This document shows, piece after piece, positions 11,337-21,493 of a DNA stretch of 64,000 nucleotides (its first letter is position 1; each line of letters starts with the position of its first letter). Made by a program: the position numbers and the translations under genes. The DNA is from Phaeosaccion multiseriatum. Its lineage: Eukaryota; Protista; Ochrophyta, other classes. The notes beneath the pieces were generated by a model, which saw only the letters and a list, made by a program, of their open reading frames with translations, was not told the DNA's origin and did not search any database. The DNA is taken from positions 1,984,001-2,048,000 of the forward strand of contig OZ218955.1 in assembly GCA_965112735.1 (NCBI GenBank), read 5' to 3'.

Positions 11337-14300
11337 TCATCTCCGCCCACGACCGCCCCCCTTCTCCTTGACAGGCTTCTCTGTCTCCATGTCATCCTCG
11401 TCTCCGTCAGCCCCTCCGAGGGTGTCTGCCTTGTGGATGGCCAGCACGTAGCGGGCCACAAGGCGGCGCTGTGGGGTGCGGCCGTTCTCGTCGTCGTCGT
11501 CTGCAAACTTCACCAGCAGCTGTTGTGTGCGTGTGCGTGTGTGTGTGAGAGAGAGAGTGTGTGTGTGTGTGTGATGCAACAGAACAGGACAGGAAAGGGC
11601 GGACAAGACATGAATTTTGTCGAGAGTTAGGATTGAGTGAGGAACGTAACAGAGTCAACAGAGCTCAGATTGGGCTCGGCCTGACCCTCTACCGATGGCT
11701 TGCCAAGCATCTCCGCTCCTCCTCTTCTCCCCTCCCGAGGTAAAAGCTACGCAGCACCGTCTAGTCTCAGAGGGCGAGAAGGAGGGTGAGCAGCACTACT
11801 CTACACCTCCTAATGCTGTCCTCACCCCCACGCACACGCACGTACGCACGCACCTCTAGCTCTGGCCTCTTCTTGTCGGTGTTGGCGATGGCCTCCTTCT
11901 TGGGCATCTTGAAGACCTTTCCCCTGTAGAAGGAAGTGGTGTCGGGAAACACCGCCAGCACTTCGTCCCCCTTAGCGATGCCCTCCACGCTGTCCTCCAG
12001 CCGAAGGATGCCCTGATTGATTGATTGGTTCGTTGATTGATTGATTCCACATAGCACAGCAATTGGCGACGCAGCACATCACAAACACACGAGTGAGGAC
12101 ACGTGCATGAAGGAGGAAGTCAAAACCGCGCAACGCTCCCCCAGGCAAAGGAGTGCAAAGCTCAAGTCTTTCCGCTGATCGCACCCATCCTCCTCCTCCT
12201 CCTCCTCCTCCTCCTCCTCCTCCTCCTCCTCCTCCTCCTCCTCCTCCTCCTCCTCCTCCTCCTCTTTGAAAAGCCTCTCTCGATCTCTACCTGTCTTCCT
12301 CCTTGTCAAGTCCCCTGTCTCTCCCCCCCCCCCCCAAACCTTCCCTCCCCGCCTATCTCCCTGAATGTCTCTCTCGGTGAATGCCTCTATGCATGTATGC
12401 CTTGTCTCTATCCTCACCTCCGCTGGCACTCGTATGACTCTATCATGGTCGTCTTCGTCCTTGACGTCGTACTGGTCTATGTCTGCGTGGTAGCGAGTGG
12501 CACGAGCCAAAATCCACTCATTGTCGTCCAGAGCAGCCACCTGGGGAGAGAGAGAGGAGAGAGAGAGAGAGAAAGACAGAGAGTGTGTGTGAGAGGGAGA
12601 GAGGAGGGGGAGAGAAAGAGACAAGGAGGGGGAGAGAAAGAACCAAGGAGAGAGGGGGGGGGGGGAGAGAGGAAGAGCGAGAGAGGAGAGAGATGTAGAG
12701 CCATCGGGCAGGAAACTAAAGCTTGACACTAAACCAAACCCAACCCACCCAACTCAACCCAACCCCCCCCCCCTTCCCCCACCCCCCCCCCCAAACGGAA
12801 CCCACTCGGGAGCCCCTCCCTCCTCCTCCCTCCTCCCTCCTACCTGTTCTCCGCTCCTGGCCCGGCCCATCTTTGGGTTGACGATGGGAGTCCCCGCAAC
12901 CGCTCCCACCCCGCTGTCCCTCTTTCCGCTGACAGCCCCGTGTCCGTTGCCGCTTCCGTTTGAGTGGCCATTGCCGGATCCCTTCCCATTGGCGTGACCG
13001 TTGGCATGCCCCCCCGGCCCTCCTCCGGCGCCATTACTGCTGCTTCCGTTGTTATGTTTCCTCTTCTTTCCAGCCCCTCCCCCACCAGAGCCGTTGGCTT
13101 ATAATAGTCATTGGGAGAGAGAGAGAGAGAGAGGCAGGAAGGGGAAGAGAGAGAGCGAGAGCGAGAGAGGGGGTTACACGAAAGCGAGCAACAAACACGG
13201 GGGATAAGGATACAGTACACTTTCACAGCCTTGCACCACTTGCGAACAAACATCGACTATACAATCGCCCGAGCACCGCACCACTGTGGCATAGCATAGC
13301 GCAAATCGCGCCCTCTCTCTCTCTTTGAGGCGGGCTTAGGACTGGGGTTCGAATCCAAGCGGAACCAGGACACATACCCACCCACTCCACTCAAGCCTCC
13401 TCCCCTTCTCCCCTCTCTCTCACCTTGGGAGCCGGCCTTGCCCGACGTCTTCTTCCCGTCGTCTCCCGCAGCCTTCCTGCCGGTCTTCTTGCCGCCGCTC
13501 CCTCGCTCTGCTCCTTGCTGCTGCTGGTGGTGGTGCTGTTGCATGACTTGTTGGTGATGGTACGCGCTGTGGTGCTGTTGCTGCTCGGGGTGATAGAAGC
13601 CATTGCCCCCTCCTCCATACATGCCGCCACCGCCACCGCCACCGCCACCGCCATACATTTGGTGCTGATGGTAAGCATCTGTGGAGTAGAGTGGAGTGGT
13701 GTGGAAGTGTTGGGGTGAGTGGGTGAGTGCGTGCGTGAGTGAGTGAGTGAGATGAGATGAGATTCGGATTAGAGCCATACACAAGCAAAAACTGAAGCAA
13801 AGTAAGCAGCCAAAGGCCCCTGTCACTATGCTTGACAGCTTTGTTTGAGCCACACCACACAACACACAAGGGCGAGAGAGAGAGAAGGAGAGCATGATGG
13901 CTCGCCGAACAGGGCAGGCGTCTCCGTCGATGGAAAACGCGGAAATTTGTCAACACAGGTCCAGTGAATGAAACGAAGGGCCGTGCAGCCTTGCTGTTCC
14001 CTTGCTGTTGATTGACTGGCATGTGGGTGTGGCGCACTCACCGAGACTGATCATGGGCTGGAAGGGCTTGCCCGGCACGTGGCACTTTCTAATGAAATCC
14101 CCCAGCACGCCCTCCTCATTGACCGGCCTGGCCTCAAAGTGCCTTGCCACAGCCACTGCCAGCTCCGCCTAGAGTGTAAGAAATAAGGGAGAGAGGGAGG
14201 GGGGGTGAATGAGTGAGAGGGAGTGCGCGGGGAGGGAGCATGAGAGGAGGGGGGGGGCGAGTGGGGGACGGAGAAAGAGTAAAGGTACCGAGGCAGGGAA

Positions 14301-14928
14301 GGAAGTAGAGAGCAGGAAGGAATCGTGCAGGTTAGAGGACAAACAGAATGACATGCTATGCGTGCGAGAGAGAACACACCATCCCTGCCTCCCCCCCCCC
14401 CTTCCAGTCCCTCCACCCCTGCCCCCACACCGTTCGTTCGAAATTCATTCCTTCTGTTTCTGTGGACAAACCTGCGTGCTATCGGGCCTGACGTTAATGT
14501 TGTAGTGCTCCACGTAGCTTTGTAGGGAACGATACTGTGAAGAAAAATAGGAGGTGGAAGAAAAAGAAGAGGGAGAAGAGGAGAAGGAGGAGGGGGATGA
14601 GCAAGGTGGGGAGGACCTCTCAGGACCCTCCCAACCGCTTTCCTCCCACACTCGAAACCAGGCCAGGACATTTAAAGAAAACAAGCGGTGTTGAGTGTAT
14701 ACGAACAACGGTCGACTCCAAAGACCCGGACGATGAAGCGTGTAGGGAAGGGCACTCGTTAGAGTGGAAGGCCGAGGAGGAAATACGTACGGCCTTCACA
14801 CACGGCCTTCGTACCTCGAGCTTCCGGAAGTCCACTTGCATGCTGCGTGGGTACTTTTCGTAGCGGTGGAAAGGAAGATAGGTCCCCTTCTTCCCTGCAG
14901 CGCCGGAGCCGCCCCCCTTGCCGCTCAT
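11337..14928 (-). CDS. Chromatin protein: N-terminal SAP30 Sin3-binding domain fused to C-terminal SGF29-type tandem Tudor domain
   Basis: Eight phase-consistent exons: 14928-14815, 14534-14472, 14168-14042, 13678-13424, 13097-12844, 12540-12418, 12012-11854, 11519-11337. N-terminus: VDFRKLEYRSLQSYVEHYNINVRPDSTQAELAVAVARHFEARPVNEEGVLGDFI. C-terminus: GEQVAALDDNEWILA..YDVKDED..GDEVLAVFPDTTSFYRGKV..VKFADDDDENGRTPQRRLVARYV. Confidence 0.85.
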
Positions 14929-15566
14929 TGTGGACTCTTTATCTACTGGGGGGGGAGGGGTCGAGCCTTCCACGTTCGAAGAGAGTTCAGGTTCAGGTTC
15001 AGGATAACAGCTTTCTCCTATAGTCGCGACCAAGGCAGCTCACGCTCCGCTACTCTCAAGCAGGCTGGTATCTCCACGCCGTGCTTTACTTGTTTGTCTC
15101 TCTCTCTCTTGTTATTGGTTGGGGGGAGGATGGGGGGGGTTGATTTGCAGGGACTGCCCCCTCGGGCCCGAACGTGTCATGTACGAGTGTAGAAAGGGCA
15201 AATTGCGAACTGCCGTTGACTGCCATCTTTTCCCTTCCTTCTTCATTCTTTTTTTGTTCTTTCTATTTTCTCCATCGCAGACATGTGTGTGCTTGCTTTT
15301 TTCCCCCCTCTCCTTTACCCGTGACGTATTACCGTCATTTTTCTTCGGCAGCATGCTACCACTACCGACCTACTCCGGGCGCTAAGAGCTAGCTGGCCTA
15401 TAGCCACATAGTGTCGGCTGACGCTGCCAACAGACTGCAGATCAAGGCACGCCCAAACAGGCTCTATCTACATTGTACATCCCTGCCCTCCGCCATCAAC
15501 TGCCATCCCCGTTAACTCGCAGGGAATGGAAGTGAAGTCCCCGAAGGAACAACAGCGGAGAGCCCG

Positions 15567-16713
15567 TTAGCAGGGAATGGAACTATAGTCCCCGAAGGAA
15601 CAAAAGCGACACGTCTGCACCCCGCCCGCTCCACAGCCCAGCCCGCCAGAGGCACAGGACGGATCAGTCTTGCACTGCTCACCCGCTGCCGTGTTGCATT
15701 GGCAGCTCCCGGTCTCGCCATCGCCGGTGCAGGGAATGGAAACGTACGCTCCGAATCCACAGAACCTGCAAGTCTCCTGACCGCCCGCTCCGCAGCCAAC
15801 GCCCCCGTCCACACACGAGGCGTCCACCTGGCACCTCTCCCCCGCTCCAGTGTTGCACAGGCAGTCCGATGGGGCTGGGGTGGGGGGCGCAGTCTCACAC
15901 GTCTCACACGTCTCACAAGTCTCACACGTTTCACACGTCTCACACGTCTCACACGTTTCGCATGTTTCACACGTTTCGCAAACCTCGCACTCCGTCGGCA
16001 CTGTGGGGCAATTGAGCCTCAACTCTGTGTGGTTCATTCCCGCGGTCGTCGCCTCGAGGGCCGCCAGGTGCGTGTCGTCAAAGTAGGTGATCGGGTGGAG
16101 GGTGCCTGTCGGGGGGGGGTGCAAGTCGGGAGTACGATAGGACGGGGGGTAGCAAGCAGCAGCAGCAGCGGCAGCAGCAGCAACGGGACAGGCAGCAGCA
16201 GGACAGGCAGCAGGACAGGGGGGGGGGGGGAGATGCCGGTCAGTAAGAAGGTGATTGATGAATGAGGCGACACACCTCTTAATAGGGAATGGTGTTGGCG
16301 TTGGTGCAGGGCGGCATCGGAGCCGCCAACTGAGAGTAAGGAACTGGGACTTACTGACTGGGCTGGAAGAGCAGTCCGGGTTGAATGTGACAAATACGGC
16401 CTGGTTCGAGCATGTTCTGCCGCAAAACTCGATGAGGCCCTGTCCCAGCGAGCTCACGACATCAAAGGCTATTGAGGCCCTGAATGCTGCGCGCGCGGTG
16501 ATCGAAGTGAGGGGAGGGGGTGGGGGGTGGTTAGAGAGTGGATCGCCGTTTTGTGGCAGTAAAGCCCAAGCCAGCCCACTCACCCTGATTCGTGCAGTCC
16601 AAGCCTGGTCGCATCCGGAAGCTGACGGACATTCCCCCTGGACAAGTTACGTTGAAGGCCCGGGCAGGCGCGAGCACAAGCAAAGCAAGAGCTGCAACAT
16701 ATCCACCCAGCAT
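15567..16713 (-). CDS. Secreted Cys-rich protein with (CET)10 repeat and two Cys modules, copy 1
   Basis: Exons 16713-16584, 16486-16355, 16105-15567 (phase-1 introns with gtgagt and gtaagt donors). Signal peptide MLGGYVAALALLVLAPARA, then CEV(CET)10 and 2x C.C....GE.C..D.SC..GG.GCGAGG...CRFC.FG.Y..IPC. Confidence 0.82.
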
Positions 16714-17144
16714 GGTGAGTGAAGTTGAATATTGATATGGCTGGGTGCTTCCGTGCTTTTGCTGCTACTGCTTTACGGTGCGTCTCGTGCTTCTCCCGCT
16801 ACAGTACTGCCGCTGCTACACCTTGATTAAAAAGTGAGTGTAGGAAAGGGTAAGGTATGCAAGCTATTTGCCACTGCATCAACCTGTCACGGTTTAGAAA
16901 TTTTGTTAGCTTATGCTTGCAAAATTCCAGCTGTAAAATTCGCTCGTCTCCTCGAGTTTTCTCTCCCTCTCTCTCTCCCCTCTTCACCCCTCTTTCTCCT
17001 CCATTCCTTCTCTCCTCCTCCCCTCCCTCTCTCTTCTCTCACTCACCTCCGAGACACCTAAAAGGCGATTGGCGTAGTGGAGAGTGCCAAAAAGATTCGA
17101 GGGATGTTGCACTCCCCTTACCCTTACCTCGACTTACCCACCCC

Positions 17145-17261
17145 TTCGACCCCTGATGCACTATCGCCCACATTCTCAATAGTGCGCTATCGGCCGCCGG
17201 CCGATAGCGGATAGCACGCCGGCGATAGCGGATAGCGGATAGTGCATCATCAGGGGTTGAA
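17145..17261. mobile_element. Short foldback/MITE-like inverted-repeat element in array spacer 1
   Basis: ttcgacccctgatgcactatc ... gatagtgcatc(atc)aggggttgaa inverted termini; internal cgctatcgg/ccgatagcg palindrome. Confidence 0.55.
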
Positions 17262-17848
17262 CCCCTACCTGGTGAACCTGGGACGCGTAACCAAAACTGC
17301 TCAACTCGGCGATAGAGGCACTTTAGGGGGGGGGGGGAAGGGAGGCCCCTCTGGGCTGCAAGACACCCTTATGTAAGACCCGCGTGGCCCTTCCGTAAGG
17401 TTAAGGAGTTTCAGTTTGTCAGGCATCCACACGTTGCAGGGCCATAGAACTGAACTTGATAGAGGTTACAGGCCGGCATTTGACTTGCCGCTAAAACAGT
17501 AGTTTGGGATGGAAGGGGGGGTCGTTTGGGTGTCTCTAAAACGGAGGTGAGTGAGCTCTCTTATATATATATATATGTGTGTGTGTGCGCGTACCCCCGT
17601 CTCCAGACCCCTAAGACGTACTACCGTCATTCTTCGGCAGCGTGCTACTACCGACCTCCTCCTCCCCTTGGGAGCTAGCTGGCCTATTATAAGCACATCG
17701 TGTCGGCTGACGCTGCCAACAGACTGCAGATCAAGGCACGCCCAAACAGGCTCTACCTACATCCCTGCCCTCCGCCATCAACTGCCATCCCCGTTAACTC
17801 GCAGGGAATGGAAGTGAAGTCCCCGAAGGAACAACAGCGGAGAGCCCG

Positions 17849-19002
17849 TTAGCAGGGAATGGAACTATAGTCCCCGAAGGAACAAAAGCGACACGTCTGC
17901 ACCCCGCCCGCTCCACAGCCCAGCCCGCCAGAGGCACAGGACGGATCAGTCTTGCACTGCTCACCCGCTGCCGTGTTGCATTGGCAGCTCCCGGTCTCGC
18001 CATCGCCGGTGCAGGGAATGGAAACGTACGCTCCGAATCCACAGAACCTGCAAGTCTCCTGACCGCCCGCTCCGCAGCCAATACCCCCGTCCACACACGA
18101 GGCGTCCACCTGGCACCTCTCCCCCGCTCCAGTGTTGCACTGGCAGTCCGATGGGGCGGGGGTGGGGGGCGCAGTCTCACACGTCTCACACGTCTCACAA
18201 GTCTCACACGTTTCACACGTCTCACACGTCTCACACGTTTCGCATGTTTCACACGTTTCGCAAACCTCGCACTCCGTCGGCTCTGTGGGGCAATTGAGCC
18301 TCAACTCTGTGTGGTTCATTCCCCCGGTAGTCGCCTCGAGGGCCGCCAGGTGCGTGTCGTCAAAGTAGGTGATCGGGCGGAAGACCTCTGTCGGGGGGGG
18401 GTTGCAAGTCGGGAGTACGATAGGACGGGGGGGTAGCAGCAGCAGCAGTAGCAAGGAAAGAAGAAAAAGAGGAGGAGGAGAGGGGCGGGGGGCGGGGGGC
18501 GGGTAGGAGATACCGGTCAGTAAGAAGGCGATGGATGAATGAGGCGACACACCTCTTAATAGGGAATGGTGTTGACGTTGGTGCAGGGCGGCATCGGTGC
18601 CGCCAACTGAGAGAGCACGGAACATGGAACTTACGGACTGGCAAGGAAGCGCACTCTTCGTTGAATGTCACAGATACGGCGCCCGAACATTGGCGGTTGT
18701 TGTTTCCGCCGCAAAACTCTCGGAGGCCCTGTCCCAGCGAGCTCACGACATCAAAGGCTATTGAGGCCCTGAACGCTGCGCGCGCGGTGATCGAGGTGAG
18801 GGGAGGGGGTGGGGGGTGGTTAGAGAGTGGATCGCCGTTTAGTGGCAGTAAAGCCCAAGCCAGCCCACTCACCCTGATTCGTGCAGTCCAAGCCTGGTCG
18901 CATCCGGAAGCTGACGAACATTCCCCCTGGACAAGTTACGTTGAAGGCCCGGGCAGGCGCGAGCACAAGCAAGGCAAGAGCTGCAACATATCCACCCAGC
19001 AT
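17849..19002 (-). CDS. Secreted Cys-rich protein with (CET)10 repeat, copy 2
   Basis: Exons 19002-18873, 18775-18635, 18387-17849. Same structure as copy 1; exon 2 is 9 nt longer and divergent. Confidence 0.82.
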
Positions 19003-19440
19003 GGTGAGTGAAGTTGAATATTGATATGGCTGGGTGCTTCCGTGCTTTTGCTGCTACTGCTTTACGGTGCGTCTCGTGCTTCTCCCGCTACAGTACTGCC
19101 GCTGCTACACCTTGATTAAGGAGTGAGGTAGGAAGGGGTAAGGAATGCAAGTTATTTTGTGCCACTGCATCAACCTGTCACGGTTAGAAAAGCTTTAGAA
19201 GAACGAATGCAGAGATTTTTTGTTAGCTTATTCTTTCTTGCTTCGCTCGTCTCCTCGAGTCTCCCTCTCCTCTTCGATCCTCTCTCCTCCTCTCTCACCC
19301 CTCTTTCTCCTCCATTCCTTCTCTTCTCCTCCCCTCCCTCTCTCTTCTCTCACTCACCTCCGAGACACCTAAAAGGCGATTGGCGTAGTGCAGTGCCAAA
19401 AAAGATTCGAGAGATGTTGCACTCCCCTTACCCTTCAACC

Positions 19441-19544
19441 TTCAACCCCTGATACACTATCGTCCACATTCTCGATAGCGCGCTATCGGCCGGGCGGCCG
19501 ATAGCGGACAGCGGCCGATAGCGGACAGTGCATCAGGGGTTGAA
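19441..19544. mobile_element. Short foldback/MITE-like inverted-repeat element in array spacer 2
   Basis: ttcaacccctgatacact ... agtgcatcaggggttgaa; paralog of 17145-17261. Confidence 0.55.
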
Positions 19545-20112
19545 CCCCTACCTGGTGAACCTGGGACGCGTAACCAAAACTGCTCAACTCGGCGATAGAG
19601 GCACTTTAGGGGCGGGGTTGGAGGCCCCTCTGGGCTGCAAGACACCCTTATGTAAGACCAGCGAGGCCCTTACGTAAGATAAAGGAGTTTCAGTTTGTCA
19701 GGCATCCACACGCTGCAGGGCCATAGAACTGAACTTGATAGAGGTTGCAGGAGGCAACGATGCCGGCATTCGACTTGCCGCTAAAACAGTAGTTTGGGGT
19801 GGAAGGGGGGGGGGGGGGGTCGTTTGGGTGTCTCTAAAACGAGTGAGTGAGCTCTCTTATACATATATGTGTGTGTGTGTGCACGTACCCCCGTCTCCAG
19901 ACCCCTAAGACGTACTACCGTCATTCTTCGGGAGCATACTAGCTGGCCTATTGTAAGCACATCGTGTCGGCTGACGCTGCCAACAGACTGCAGATCAAGG
20001 CACGCCCAAGCAGGCTCTATCTACACCCCTGCCCTCCGCCATCAACTGCCATCCCCGTTAACTCGCAGGGAATGGAAGTGAAGTCCCCGAAGGAACAACA
20101 GCGGAGAGCCCG

Positions 20113-21210
20113 TTAGCAGGGAATGGAACTATAGTCCCCGAAGGAACAAAAGCGACACGTCTGCACCCCGCCCGCTCCACAGCCCAGCCCGCCAGAGGCA
20201 CAGGACGGATCAGTCTTGCACTGCTCACCCGCTGCCGTGTTGCATTGGCAGCTCCCGGTCTCGCCATCGCCGGTGCAGGGAATGGAAACGTACGCTCCGA
20301 ATCCACAGAACCTGCAAGTCTCCTGACCGCCCGCTCCGCAGCCAATGCCCCCGTCCACACACGCGGCGTCCACCTGGCACCTCTCCCCCGCTCCAGTGTT
20401 GCACTGGCAGTCCGATGGGGCGGGGGTGGGGGGCGCAGTCTCACACGTCTCACACGTCTCACAAGTCTCACACGCTTCACACGTCTCACACGTCTCACAC
20501 GTTTCGCATGTTTCACACGTTTCGCAAACCTCGCACTCCGTCGGCACAGTGGGGCAATTGAGCCTCAACTCTGTGTGGTTCATTCCCCCGGTAGTCGCCT
20601 CGAGGGCCGCCAGGTGCGTGTCGTCAAAGTAGGTGATCGGGCGGATGGTCCCTGTCGGGGGGGGGTTGCAAGTCGGGAGTACGATAGGACGGGAGGGTAG
20701 CAGCAGCAGCAGGAGGAGGAGGAGGACCGGCAGCAGGACAGGGGGAGGGGGGGGGGGGGGGGAGATACCGGTCAGTAAGAAGGTGATTGATGAATGAGGC
20801 GACACACCTCTTAATGGGGAATGGTGTTGACGTTGGTGCAGGGCGGCATCGGTGCCGCCATATTAAAACTGGAACTGGGACTTACTGACTGGGCTGGCAG
20901 AGCACTCGTCGTTGAATGTGACAAATACGGCCTGATTCGAGCATGTTCTGCCGCAAAACTCGATGAGGCCCTGTCCCAGCGAGCTCACGACATCAAAGGC
21001 TATTGAGGCCCTGAACGCTACGCGCGTGGTGATCGAAGTGAGGGGAGGGGGTGGGGGGTGGTTAGAGAGTGGATCACCGTGTAGTGGCAGTAAAGCCCAA
21101 GCCAGCCCACTCACCCTGATTCCTGCAGTCCATGCCTGGTCGCAAGCCTGGTTGCATCCGGAAGCTGACGAACATTCCCCCTGGACAAGTTACGTTGAAG
21201 GCCCGGGCAG
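20113..21210 (-). pseudogene. Third array copy lacking start codon and signal peptide (probable pseudogene or non-secreted truncation)
   Basis: Exons 3 (20651-20113) and 2 (21017-20886) are intact. Exon 1 homology stops at ~21210 (gcccgggcag); the ATG and signal segment are replaced by a short C/T tract, and upstream homology resumes at ~21235. Confidence 0.7.
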
Positions 21211-21493
21211 ACCCATCCCCCCCCCCCTTTTCCCCTGCTATACCTTGGTTAAGGAGCGAGTATAGGAAATGAAACACAACTGTAAAGGCAGGTAATTGTG
21301 CCTGCGGGGCGCCCGGTGGGGAGGCGCTGGTGTCGCCCCCGGGGCGCACAGGCCTCGGCGTCTCGTCGCGCCTCACATGGTTTTTTTTATGTGATCATTT
21401 TTGCTTTTTCCTTTTTTGTTAGCTTACACTGTGGTCGCACTACTCCCTCTGTGATCAGGCATGGGCGCCTCATGAGAGAGGGGGCGAGATTGG

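Larger units (their letters stand above)
15330..21270. repeat. Tandem segmental triplication, unit ~2.27 kb
   Basis: Stop codons at 15567, 17849 and 20113 (periods 2282 and 2264); exons, introns and spacers are near-identical between units. Boundaries approximate. Confidence 0.92.

Noticed and set aside
16106-16354. CRPAPTPTPFPIKR / poly-Ala segment as coding part of the array protein
   Set aside because: Lies after a conserved gtaagt donor; copies 2 and 3 have frameshifts or stops here, so it is intron 2.
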